Below, in pieces: positions 1 through 9,121 of a stretch of DNA of 25,770 nt (positions within the stretch are counted from its first letter, which is position 1; every line of letters starts with the position of its first letter). Both the position numbers and the translations under genes were made by a program. The DNA is from a virus. Lineage: Duplodnaviria; Caudoviricetes. The DNA is taken from positions 1 through 25,770 of IMG/VR virus record IMGVR_UViG_3300032291_002685; one strand, 5' to 3'. Below the pieces are notes generated by a model that saw only the letters and a list, made by a program, of their open reading frames with translations, made no database searches and was not told the DNA's origin.

Positions 1-429
1 GGTAAAATAAAAGGATTATTTAAGAAAAAGAAAAAAGAAATAAAACCACCTCCTGAATTTAAACCAAAGGAGTTGGTAAAGGCTGCCAAATTTACAAAAC
101 CAACGTTACCAAATATACCAAAAGTTCCTAACTTACCAAAACCACCTGATTTTTCAGCAGTAACGGGAGCTGCAGGTGCATTGGCATCTCAAGCAAAAGC
201 AAAATATACGCAAGAAGAATATAGTAATGCTAAATCAAATCCATTAGGTACACTTTATAATATAGCTATTAAACCTCAAATTGAAAAAGGAATATCTTTA
301 ATTGGCGAAAAAAATAAATCATTGGCAACTGAAATCTCAAATAGATTGAATATTGCTGAAACGAAAATATCTAGTATACCAGATGTAAAAAGTGTATCAA
401 CTGATATAGTAAATAAAATAATAAGCTAG
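1..429 (+). CDS. 5'-truncated hypothetical protein, Lys/Pro-rich (tail/baseplate region)
   Basis: Frame 1 is open from base 1 (GKIKGLFKKKKKEIKPPPEFKPKELVK...) to TAG at 427-429, so the track start at 73 (TTG) is internal. No recognisable domain. Confidence 0.75.
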   Translation, partial: GKIKGLFKKKKKEIKPPPEFKPKELVKAAKFTKPTLPNIPKVPNLPKPPDFSAVTGAAGALASQAKAKYTQEEYSNAKSNPLGTLYNIAIKPQIEKGISLIGEKNKSLATEISNRLNIAETKISSIPDVKSVSTDIVNKIIS

Positions 430-430
430 T

Positions 431-1669
431 ATGTCTTGGCAAAAATTTAAAGATAATATCCAAAAAGTTTCAAATGATCCGGGAAGTATTAATGATACAG
501 CCACCATAGCTAAATTGTATGCACAAGAATATGATGCTTGTATGAAGAGAGGTGGTGATACTATCAATAGAGTTGCTATCCAAAAGGGTAATGTTGAATT
601 AATGGAAAAACTATTTAAAGCAGCATTAGATAAGGGATTGACCTCAAAAGAACCATACGATTTGGTGGGCGAGATGGGAAAGGGTGTGTTAGCATATTGG
701 ACTGGTGGGGTAATGAATAATTTTCCAACACCAATAATACCATCTGTAGGAGCTATAGCTAATATTAGTGTGACTAGTAATATTGTGACAAATGCAGGAA
801 CTTGGACACCCTCAGTATCACTACCACCAAACCCTGTGGTGATACCACCACCTACTCCGGAAGCGGCAGCTGTGTTACGAGATAATCAAATTGAATATCC
901 GATTACTAGACTGATTTTTGAAGAGGTTGTTCCTGAGGAAGAACAGGCTGATTGGAATAAAGATGTGGATTACGATGTAGCAATATTAAAAGCAACTGGA
1001 TGGGCTGGTAGATATCCACCAGGAGAACCATATACACCACCAACAAGAGGTGGTGGGGGTGGTGGTGGAGGTTCAAGAAGACCATCGGATGATATTATGT
1101 ATAATGAGCATGCTAACCAACTATGGCCGGGAATAGGGGAACCTGGTTCATTTGCAATTAGTAGCGGGCCTGATGCAGATGGTAGAATATGGTATAAACA
1201 AAATCCGGAATATATAAAAGTAAATTGCGCTGAAGTAATTATTCCACTTAACGGAACAATGAATGCGTTGGGCGAAAGAAAAGGTAAGTTATTAACACAA
1301 CAAAAAGTAACAGTTCATAAAGATTTAGCAGCTATAGTAATTCCTATATTTGCACAAATAAAAGCAAAAGGTTTAAATAAATACATTGAAAACACTGGCG
1401 GTGGATTGGCTGTTAGAAACGTAACAGGCGGTACTAGATTATCTAACCACGCGTGGGGAACTGCTATAGATTTAAATTCTGTAAGATATCCATGGGGAAC
1501 AAATTGGAATGGAAATACTATAACTACACCAATTAGTAAAACACAAAACTCTGTAAGACAAATGACTGATTTTGATAAAGGGTTTTTGGAGGTTATACAA
1601 ATGTTTAGAAACGCGGGAATGACTTGGTTAGCAGAAAATGATCCAATGCATATTTCAATATACGAATAA
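431..1669 (+). CDS. Virion-associated protein with C-terminal M15-family Zn peptidase (L-Ala-D-Glu / D-Ala-D-Ala peptidase type)
   Basis: The C-terminus has R...SNHAWGTAIDLN...W...DPMHI, matching the M15 SxHxxGxAxD and late His Zn-ligand pattern. It is preceded by Pro-rich and Gly8 linkers and an N-terminal domain of unknown function. Confidence 0.85.
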   Translation: MSWQKFKDNIQKVSNDPGSINDTATIAKLYAQEYDACMKRGGDTINRVAIQKGNVELMEKLFKAALDKGLTSKEPYDLVGEMGKGVLAYWTGGVMNNFPTPIIPSVGAIANISVTSNIVTNAGTWTPSVSLPPNPVVIPPPTPEAAAVLRDNQIEYPITRLIFEEVVPEEEQADWNKDVDYDVAILKATGWAGRYPPGEPYTPPTRGGGGGGGGSRRPSDDIMYNEHANQLWPGIGEPGSFAISSGPDADGRIWYKQNPEYIKVNCAEVIIPLNGTMNALGERKGKLLTQQKVTVHKDLAAIVIPIFAQIKAKGLNKYIENTGGGLAVRNVTGGTRLSNHAWGTAIDLNSVRYPWGTNWNGNTITTPISKTQNSVRQMTDFDKGFLEVIQMFRNAGMTWLAENDPMHISIYE

Positions 1670-2637
1670 TGTCAGCAATAGCACCAACTAAAAATACGGG
1701 ATTAATAATAGATGAATTCATCAATTATGCTACCAAACATTTAACAACTGTTTCGGGATTGGCAACTACTGTTTCAACATATCCACCAGCCGGAGCAACC
1801 GCACCTGGTGTTGTTAATTGGACGGGTTATTCGGTTACTCCTGCAAAACCTTCTGTAGAAATACCAGCAGCTGCACAACCAACACAACCAACACAATCAA
1901 ATTTAAGTGAAAATGAGGGAGAAGATCCTTTTGCTAAAGGAAATGTAGAAGTAGAATATCCTATTACGAAAATAACTTTTGGAGATGGAACAGAACCTGA
2001 ACCAATTGAAGAAGAGGATTGGGATACTGTCAATAATGGTGTTGATTATAATGTAGCTAAACTAAAAGCTGAAACTTGGATTGCATCAGGTGGTTTCGGA
2101 AATCAAAGTTTCTCCAAAGCAATAGGAATCGATTATAGTGGATATACAGGAGGCCCTTTGAGTGCAACTGATACAATTAAAACAATATATGTACCTGTTT
2201 TAAATAAAGTACATGCGGATAAATCAAGAGGAGCAAGGATGTTAATGACCGCACAAACACAATTGGAAGGATTCTTTCCAGCAAGTGGAAATAAATCAGC
2301 ATCTTTATCATTTAGAACAAATAATCCTGGTAATGTGGGTACAAATGGTATTGGGGTTGGTAAGTTTGCTACTTTGGCAGATGGTATAACCGCTCAATGG
2401 AATAAAGTTTTAGGACCTATATTTTCAGGAAACTCTAAATACTACAAATCATCATATACGTTATATGAGTATTTATCAACATATGCACCTGTAATGGCAA
2501 AGGATAGAAATGGAAATTGGTATAAAACTACCAACAATCCAACCAATTATACTAATTTTGTAATTAATTATTTCAAAGGACAAGGATATACGATTACAGC
2601 ACAAACTACACTTGCTGAAATTAATAAAATAACATAA
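1669..2637 (+). CDS. Virion-associated protein with C-terminal lysozyme-like peptidoglycan hydrolase domain (NNPGN type)
   Basis: AQTQLEG (candidate catalytic Glu, like GH73 AQAxLES), RTNNPGNV, FATLADG, YLSTYAP and NNPTNY follow the motif order of phage RNNNPGN lysozyme-like domains. TAATG stop/start overlap with the upstream gene. Confidence 0.7.
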   Translation: MSAIAPTKNTGLIIDEFINYATKHLTTVSGLATTVSTYPPAGATAPGVVNWTGYSVTPAKPSVEIPAAAQPTQPTQSNLSENEGEDPFAKGNVEVEYPITKITFGDGTEPEPIEEEDWDTVNNGVDYNVAKLKAETWIASGGFGNQSFSKAIGIDYSGYTGGPLSATDTIKTIYVPVLNKVHADKSRGARMLMTAQTQLEGFFPASGNKSASLSFRTNNPGNVGTNGIGVGKFATLADGITAQWNKVLGPIFSGNSKYYKSSYTLYEYLSTYAPVMAKDRNGNWYKTTNNPTNYTNFVINYFKGQGYTITAQTTLAEINKIT

Positions 2638-2667
2638 TTAGATAAATCCCAAAAATAAACAAATCAA

Positions 2668-2676
2668 ATATTTATA
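2668..2676 (+). promoter_or_regulatory. Putative phage late promoter box ATATTTATA
   Basis: Intergenic, ends 24 nt before ATG 2701. The same box lies at a similar distance before 14180, 16145, 17063 and 23060. Confidence 0.6.
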
Positions 2677-2700
2677 TAAACAACAAAGAAATATAATACA

Positions 2701-3204
2701 ATGGATAGTAGTAAATTATTAAAAGCCATACAAATTCTTATAAAAGAAGAGTTAAAGGAACAATTACCTACTTTGATTAAAGAAAGTGTAAAAGCTGAAG
2801 TAAAAAGAATTTTAGCAGAACAGGTTAAACCACAACAAGCTAAAAAAGAAAGTGCAGGATTATCTATGGCTAAGGCTATATTAGGAGAAACTCCTAAAAA
2901 ATCAGCACCAAAGATGGAAGAGGTTAAATATGTTAAAGATGATGTATTAAACCAAATTCTAAATGAAACAAGAGAACAATATGCAGGAGCCCCAAACAAT
3001 ATGGATAAAACTGTAAATTTCAGTAATCCTAATATTGCGGGTGCTGGTATGGCTGGATTAAGAGCAGAAATGGCTGCTAAGATGGGTTATGGTGATATGG
3101 GTAATGGTGGAGCTCAAGCGGGTGGATTGGGTGTTCAAACGGGAAACGAAGCATTGGATAAAGCATTGAATAGAAACTATTCTGAATTAGTTAAACGATT
3201 TTAA
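2701..3204 (+). CDS. Hypothetical phage protein (helical N-terminus, Gly/Met/Ala-rich C-terminus)
   Basis: 167-aa ORF with ATG start and A-rich leader, directly upstream of the gp25-like gene. Confidence 0.8.
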   Translation: MDSSKLLKAIQILIKEELKEQLPTLIKESVKAEVKRILAEQVKPQQAKKESAGLSMAKAILGETPKKSAPKMEEVKYVKDDVLNQILNETREQYAGAPNNMDKTVNFSNPNIAGAGMAGLRAEMAAKMGYGDMGNGGAQAGGLGVQTGNEALDKALNRNYSELVKRF

Positions 3205-3213
3205 TAAAAAGTA

Positions 3214-3636
3214 ATGGCAATTGTATTAGGTAGTAAACCGGTAACTGATTTAACTGAATTTGAAAATATTGCAATTGGTATAACATTGCCGATTCAAATA
3301 GGTACCACTGCCTTTGACCAATCGTTCAAAACATACGATCAAATTAAAACAAATGTAAGATCTTTATTATTAACAAAACGAAGAGAAAGAGTAATGCAAC
3401 CATTTTTAGGAAGTGGTTTGCATGAATTAGTTTTTGATTTTAATGATGATGAACTTTCAATAAAAATAGAAGAAGTTATAACATCAACTTTATCGCAATG
3501 GTTACCATTTGTTAATATTGATAGTATTGATATTGAGCAAGATGATTTTCTAAAAGATAGGAATCAAGTAAATATATCGGTATTATTTACAATTGGAGAT
3601 AATGTAACCTTAAATCAAATAACTTTTACAATATAA
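3214..3636 (+). CDS. Baseplate wedge protein, T4 gp25 / P2 gpW-like
   Basis: 140 aa with QIKTNVRSLLLTKRRERVMQPFLGSGLHELVFD...WLPFV, matching the gp25 pattern. Sits immediately before the gp6-like gene. Confidence 0.9.
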   Translation: MAIVLGSKPVTDLTEFENIAIGITLPIQIGTTAFDQSFKTYDQIKTNVRSLLLTKRRERVMQPFLGSGLHELVFDFNDDELSIKIEEVITSTLSQWLPFVNIDSIDIEQDDFLKDRNQVNISVLFTIGDNVTLNQITFTI

Positions 3637-3640
3637 TTAA

Positions 3641-5683
3641 ATGGCAACCAATAATACAATAATTAAAAATTTTAAAAATAAGGGTAAGGATATTAAATAC
3701 CTAAACACAGATTTTGCTGGGTTTAGAAATAATTTAATTGAATTTACTAAAACTTATTTTCCAAAAACATATAGTGATTTTAATGAAACTTCACCTGGTA
3801 TGTTGTTTATTGAAATGGCATCTTATATTGGTGATAGTTTATCTTATTATATAGATGATACATTTAAAGAATCCTTAATGCCGTATGCAGAGGATGTTAG
3901 AAGTGTTATGGCTCTATCTCAGTATTTGGGATACAAACCAAAGGTAACATCTCCAGCGATAACAACATTATCTTTATATCAATTAGTTCCAAAGATTGGT
4001 GATGGTATAAATAATAGACCAGATTCTAGGTTTTATTTAATAATAAAAGAGGGGTTGACGGTTCAATCAACTGAAAACCAAGAAGTAACATTTAGAACAA
4101 CTGATGTTGTAGATTTTTCCGATGAATATGATAGAGAGATAACTGTTTATGAAAGAAATGTAGATACTGGAGAACCTTCGTTTTATTTAGTAAAAAAATA
4201 TGTTCAAGCCATATCATCTACACTTGAAGAAAAAGAAGTAGCATTTGGTTCATATCAACCATTTCAAACTATTGATTTGGATGAAACAAATATAATACAA
4301 ATTACAGATGTTAGAGATTCCAACGATAACAAATATTATGAAGTTCCATATTTGGGACAAGAAATGATTTTTACACAAGAAAAAAATACATTATCTAATG
4401 ACCCGGAATTATCTCAGTTTAAAGAAACAGTTCCATACATTCTTAAGACATTAAAAACTTCTAGAAGATTTGTAACTAAAATAAATGAAGATAATACAAC
4501 TACTATTCAATTTGGTGCCGGAGATGAATCGGTATCAGATGAACAATTAATTCCAAACCTTAAAAATGTGGGATTGGGATTACCAAATTCAATAAGTAGA
4601 TTAGAGGAATCATTTGACCCGACAAACTTCTTAAAAACGAAAACTTATGGAACTTCACCATCAAACACAACCATTACCGTTAAATATTTAACAGGTGGTG
4701 GTGTGAGTAGTAATACAAGACAGGGAACACTAACAAGAATAACCGGTATTGAATATGAAGAAGATTTATTAAAATTTACAGCAATAGAAAGAGGAATATA
4801 TAATACTGTTAAAAATTCATTAGCAGTTGATAACGAAGTTCCTGCGATTGGCGGAAGGGGCGCTGAAACTGTTGATGAGATTAGAGAAAATTCATTAGCA
4901 AATTTTGGTTCTCAAAATAGAGCAGTAACTGCAAATGATTATCAAGTTAGAGCTTTATCAATGCCAGCTAAATTTGGAGGTATAGCTAAAGCATACGCTA
5001 GTGCAGATGGTAATTTAGATAATAACTCACCTGCATCAATTTTAGCTTCACCAAACTCTTTACAACAATTTACCGATTTGATAATGACTTTTGTAAACAA
5101 ACCGGATTCGGAAGAACCAACTCCTGCAACTGTAAAAGATGAAATTAGAAATTTTTTAGTAGGTAAGACCGATAATACAAATGAAATTAATAATCCATTT
5201 GCGATAAATTTATATTTGTTAGGTTATAATTCAAACGGAAACTTAACTTCTCTTAACAAAGCAGTTAAACAAAATATTAAAACATATCTAAACGAATATA
5301 AAATTTTAACAGATGGTGTTAATATATTAGATGGATTTATTGTAAATATAGGTGTAGATTTTCAAATTAAAACTTTAGAAAATTATAATAAGAGTGAAGT
5401 ACTTACAAATTGTATTAATCAATTGAAAGAGTATTTCTCTATTGATAGATGGACATTTAATAATACTATTAATTTAAGTGAGGTTGAATTATTAATTGCA
5501 AATGTTGAAGGCGTTTCATCAGTTCCATCGGTTGTTATAACAAATAAATGTAAAGAACAATATTCACCAAATTCATATAATATAACTGCGGCAACTAAAG
5601 ATAAGATTATATATCCATCTTTAGACCCTTGTGTTTTTGAAGTGAAATTCCCTAACTCAGATATTAAAGGAAGAGCAATATAA
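3641..5683 (+). CDS. Baseplate wedge protein, T4 gp6 / baseplate J-like
   Basis: N-terminal DFAGFRNNL...YSDFNETSPGMLFIEMASYIGD, IQFGAG, GGRGAETVDEIR and QNRAVTANDY are hallmark gp6/gpJ motifs; 680 aa. Confidence 0.92.
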   Translation: MATNNTIIKNFKNKGKDIKYLNTDFAGFRNNLIEFTKTYFPKTYSDFNETSPGMLFIEMASYIGDSLSYYIDDTFKESLMPYAEDVRSVMALSQYLGYKPKVTSPAITTLSLYQLVPKIGDGINNRPDSRFYLIIKEGLTVQSTENQEVTFRTTDVVDFSDEYDREITVYERNVDTGEPSFYLVKKYVQAISSTLEEKEVAFGSYQPFQTIDLDETNIIQITDVRDSNDNKYYEVPYLGQEMIFTQEKNTLSNDPELSQFKETVPYILKTLKTSRRFVTKINEDNTTTIQFGAGDESVSDEQLIPNLKNVGLGLPNSISRLEESFDPTNFLKTKTYGTSPSNTTITVKYLTGGGVSSNTRQGTLTRITGIEYEEDLLKFTAIERGIYNTVKNSLAVDNEVPAIGGRGAETVDEIRENSLANFGSQNRAVTANDYQVRALSMPAKFGGIAKAYASADGNLDNNSPASILASPNSLQQFTDLIMTFVNKPDSEEPTPATVKDEIRNFLVGKTDNTNEINNPFAINLYLLGYNSNGNLTSLNKAVKQNIKTYLNEYKILTDGVNILDGFIVNIGVDFQIKTLENYNKSEVLTNCINQLKEYFSIDRWTFNNTINLSEVELLIANVEGVSSVPSVVITNKCKEQYSPNSYNITAATKDKIIYPSLDPCVFEVKFPNSDIKGRAI

Positions 5684-6753
5684 TGGCATACTATTTCATT
5701 ACAGCATCAAAGGATGCATCGATATATTTACAACAACCAAACCAAAATACTGGGTTAGACCAGATATTGGAAGTTAGTAAAGTTTATTATGGAAATATAA
5801 AAGATGTTTCTAGAGCATTAATTAAATTTGATTTAAATGCTTTATCTCAATCAATAGTTAGTGGAGATACTACTCTAACTGATATTAGATTGGTGATGAG
5901 AGAAACTGAAAGTAATGAAATTCCATTAGAATATACAATACATGCTTATCCAATTTCTCAAAGTTGGGAGATGGGTAATGGAACTCGTTTTGATGATATA
6001 TCAACCACAGGTGTAACTTGGACATATAGAAATGGTGAATCCGCTATAGATTGGATAACAACAAATTTAGCAAGTGGTAGTGATAGTAATCCAAATGATG
6101 GAACGGGTGGAACTTGGTACACTATAGTATCCGCATCTCAATCATTTAATTATGAAACCGCTGATTTGAGTATGAATGTTAAAGGCATTGTAAATCAATG
6201 GTTAAGTGGTAGTTTACCAAATGAAGGATTTATTTTAAAATATTCATCTTCATTGGAAAATAATACAAATGATTATGGTCAACTAAAGTTTTTTAGTAAA
6301 GAAACATATACGATTCATCAACCAAAATTAGTAGTAAGCTGGGATGACCAATCTATAGTTACTGGTTCTTTACAACCATTGGATGTTGTATCAAATGATG
6401 TTGTTGTTAGAGTTAAAAATCTATCAACAAATTACAAAATTGGAAGTACTAAAAAATTAAGAATAATTGGTAGAGAAAGATATCCTGTAAAGACATTTAC
6501 AAATGCATTTGCATATAATGATATTAAATATTTACCTGTAACTACATATTATCAAATAAAGGATTTATTATCAGATGATATAATAATACCTTTTGGAAAC
6601 CATTCAAAAGTTAGTTGTGATAATTCGGGTAATTTTATAGAATTAAATTTTTCAAATTGGGAGGTTAACAGAACATATAAATTGGAATTTAAAATGGTAT
6701 CGGATGGTGATGAAATTTATTACGATGATGAAATTACATTTGGTATAATATAA
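5683..6753 (+). CDS. Virion structural protein with DNRLRE-like beta-sandwich domain
   Basis: ASKDASIY..PNQNTG.DQILEV..SRALIKFDL..W.....TW....W..NEGFILK..F.SKE...PKLVVSW follows the DNRLRE pattern. TAATG coupling to the gp6-like gene. Confidence 0.7.
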   Translation: MAYYFITASKDASIYLQQPNQNTGLDQILEVSKVYYGNIKDVSRALIKFDLNALSQSIVSGDTTLTDIRLVMRETESNEIPLEYTIHAYPISQSWEMGNGTRFDDISTTGVTWTYRNGESAIDWITTNLASGSDSNPNDGTGGTWYTIVSASQSFNYETADLSMNVKGIVNQWLSGSLPNEGFILKYSSSLENNTNDYGQLKFFSKETYTIHQPKLVVSWDDQSIVTGSLQPLDVVSNDVVVRVKNLSTNYKIGSTKKLRIIGRERYPVKTFTNAFAYNDIKYLPVTTYYQIKDLLSDDIIIPFGNHSKVSCDNSGNFIELNFSNWEVNRTYKLEFKMVSDGDEIYYDDEITFGII

Positions 6754-6758
6754 GAATA

Positions 6759-7850
6759 ATGAAACACCAGACAGGATTAAAAAACGAAGTAAAAGTAAAC
6801 GAACTAATTCAAAGTGGTTCTCTTGCTATTAAAACCAAAAATGAATATGGTGTACATATTTTTAGCGGTTCTGTCGATGATGATGGTATATTATTTGGTA
6901 AATTAACAAAACCACGTTATAATGAGGAAGAGTTAAAAAAATCTATAGATACGATTATAGTTGAATTACTTCCAATTGAATCTCCTATTTTACCTGAAAC
7001 TGTATTAAAGAGTATATACGATTTAGCATTAGTTGAAATAGATGATTTAAGATTAGAGGTTGCTCAATTAAATGATGAGATTTTAGTATTAAACAATAAA
7101 ATTACAGAAGTAGAAATAGTTAGTGAATCTCTTAGAATTGAATTGGACTCTAAGGATTTACTTGTTGCTTCAGTTGAAAATGAAAATAGACAATCAGTAG
7201 CTAAAGTTCAAAGCACAATTGCTGAATTACAAAATGCAATTCAAAAATCAACTTCGGAAGCAATTCAAAGAGTATCTCTTTCTGCTAGAAATGAATTATT
7301 AGAAGGGCAAATAACTGTATTAACTGAACAAGTGACAACTGCACAAAATCAAATAACCAATTTAACAAATACAATTAATACACTAAACACTCAAAATACT
7401 TCTTTAGTAGCTCAAGCAAATAATGCTCAATCTCAGGCAGCAACTGCTCAACAAGCTGTTCTTGCTCAAACTAAGAAAAAGAAAATTATATGTGATTTAT
7501 TATATAAACAAGGATACTTACCTAAACACATATGGGAAGCTGACCAGAAGTTTGGTCAATTGATGATGAGAGAAAATACAAAAGGTTTACTTGGTTATTT
7601 GATATGGGCAGAGCCTGTTGTTGATTTCTTAAGTAAAAAACCACAATATTCAAAGTATTTCTATTTGATAACAAAACCTTGGTCTGAACATATGGCTTAT
7701 ATGATGGGTGTGTTACCAAATGATAATAAACTTGGAAAAGCTATTCACATAGTTGGAAATCAATTTTCACTTTTAGTTTATAATTTATATAAGTTTAAAA
7801 GTAAATACAAAATAAAAAATACAATATCCAAATGGCAATTAGGAATATAA
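6759..7850 (+). CDS. Coiled-coil virion protein with C-terminal KIIC...GY..WA domain
   Basis: Long heptad-like, Q/N/T/A-rich central region followed by KKKKIICDLLYKQGYL...WEADQKFG...GYLIWAEPVV. Confidence 0.75.
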   Translation: MKHQTGLKNEVKVNELIQSGSLAIKTKNEYGVHIFSGSVDDDGILFGKLTKPRYNEEELKKSIDTIIVELLPIESPILPETVLKSIYDLALVEIDDLRLEVAQLNDEILVLNNKITEVEIVSESLRIELDSKDLLVASVENENRQSVAKVQSTIAELQNAIQKSTSEAIQRVSLSARNELLEGQITVLTEQVTTAQNQITNLTNTINTLNTQNTSLVAQANNAQSQAATAQQAVLAQTKKKKIICDLLYKQGYLPKHIWEADQKFGQLMMRENTKGLLGYLIWAEPVVDFLSKKPQYSKYFYLITKPWSEHMAYMMGVLPNDNKLGKAIHIVGNQFSLLVYNLYKFKSKYKIKNTISKWQLGI

Positions 7851-9091
7851 AGGAATTAATAAATAACAAAGGATACACAATAAATCCAAGCGATAGAAAA
7901 ATCTTTGAAGAATCGGATTTACAATCGTTTTTTGGATTTAGCGAATCGGATGCCATTGAGTTTATTGTGTATGATATCAATAATAATCAATTACCACAAA
8001 AAGATGGTAATCTTGTTAGATATATTCCATTAACTACTGAAAACATAAATCATTATTTTTTAATACAAGATGGAACTCTTTTTCAAAAATATAAATTACC
8101 ATCCGAATATTTTGTAGATGCTGAAAGATTATTATCAGAAGCTGGATATACTAATGGTATATTTAAAACTCAAATAACATTAATTAATAAAAGAGCTGGT
8201 AGTCAGAAAGAATTTGATAAGTTATGGATAAATGAAATATCACCATCTCGTACTGAGGTGAGATTATATCCATTGAAAGAGGGAGTTAATATTAATCCCG
8301 AATTGCAAGAAAGATTTAATATTTTTGTGGATGGTAGAGATTTTAGAGAAGATACTATTGCACATGCATTAGAATTTATAGAAAAAATAGATGCAACTAA
8401 ATTATCATCTTTTATACGAAACAAATATGGTAATTTGTGGATAGATGAATTAATAGCTGAATTCAAAATAAGTGATTTTGAATTATTTTTAAATAACATA
8501 TACAAAAAATTTAGACAGGCTAGTATATATGAATTTACAAATAGAATATCTAAAATAGATGATATTAATTTTGGAAAACCTAAACCAAAAAAGCCACCAA
8601 TTGCATTATCTAAAAATGAGATTGTAAAAATTTGTAAAGAATTACTTACATATATAATTAACTATTATCTACCACAACAAGATATTAAAATGAACACTAC
8701 AATGGCTAGTGCATTTGAAGGTAGTGTAGATGAGGTTCGTGATATTTTACAAACATCGGAAAGTGATACATTAATAATATCAAAGCCGGTTGAGTTGGTT
8801 GTAAAAGCATTAACAAAACCAGATGTAACAGAAGTTCAAACAACATTGGAAAAATTCATTAAAAATGAAATAAAAGATGCAATTGTAAAAGTTGTAACTC
8901 CAATTGATGAACTACCATATATTCCACCTGCTTCCAAAGATGATGTTATATATGTAGACCCTGTCGTTGTTATTGGTGGCGGTGGAGGCGGCGGAGGTGG
9001 TGGCCGAAGTGTTGTGGGAGGATTCGATCCTTATAGTGGAGCATATAATGGAAACGCTAATAATATGGATTATTTAAGTGCACAAAGGTAA
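7832..9091 (+). CDS. Putative virion/baseplate protein (EISPSRTE motif, Gly10 near C-terminus)
   Basis: 419-aa ORF overlapping the upstream gene by 19 nt. Function inferred from context only. Confidence 0.7.
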   Translation: MAIRNIKELINNKGYTINPSDRKIFEESDLQSFFGFSESDAIEFIVYDINNNQLPQKDGNLVRYIPLTTENINHYFLIQDGTLFQKYKLPSEYFVDAERLLSEAGYTNGIFKTQITLINKRAGSQKEFDKLWINEISPSRTEVRLYPLKEGVNINPELQERFNIFVDGRDFREDTIAHALEFIEKIDATKLSSFIRNKYGNLWIDELIAEFKISDFELFLNNIYKKFRQASIYEFTNRISKIDDINFGKPKPKKPPIALSKNEIVKICKELLTYIINYYLPQQDIKMNTTMASAFEGSVDEVRDILQTSESDTLIISKPVELVVKALTKPDVTEVQTTLEKFIKNEIKDAIVKVVTPIDELPYIPPASKDDVIYVDPVVVIGGGGGGGGGGRSVVGGFDPYSGAYNGNANNMDYLSAQR

Positions 9092-9121
9092 TCAAAATTA
9101 ATACAAATAATAATAAAATAA

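Noticed and set aside
1049-1072. G-rich tracts (also 8975-9004 and ~9173-9213) as G-quadruplex or DNA repeat elements
   Set aside because: They are in-frame mixed GGN codons encoding poly-Gly linkers, so the protein-level explanation is sufficient.
1875-1897. Short 9-bp tandem repeat (ACAACCAAC, encoding QPTQPTQ)
   Set aside because: It has only about 2.5 copies within a low-complexity linker, consistent with ordinary slippage.
3214-5683. Interpretation as a bacterial contractile injection system (eCIS/T6SS/tailocin)
   Set aside because: The adjacent phage-type primase, Mre11-Rad50 and GIY-YIG genes, plus the absence of host housekeeping genes, point to a phage genome.
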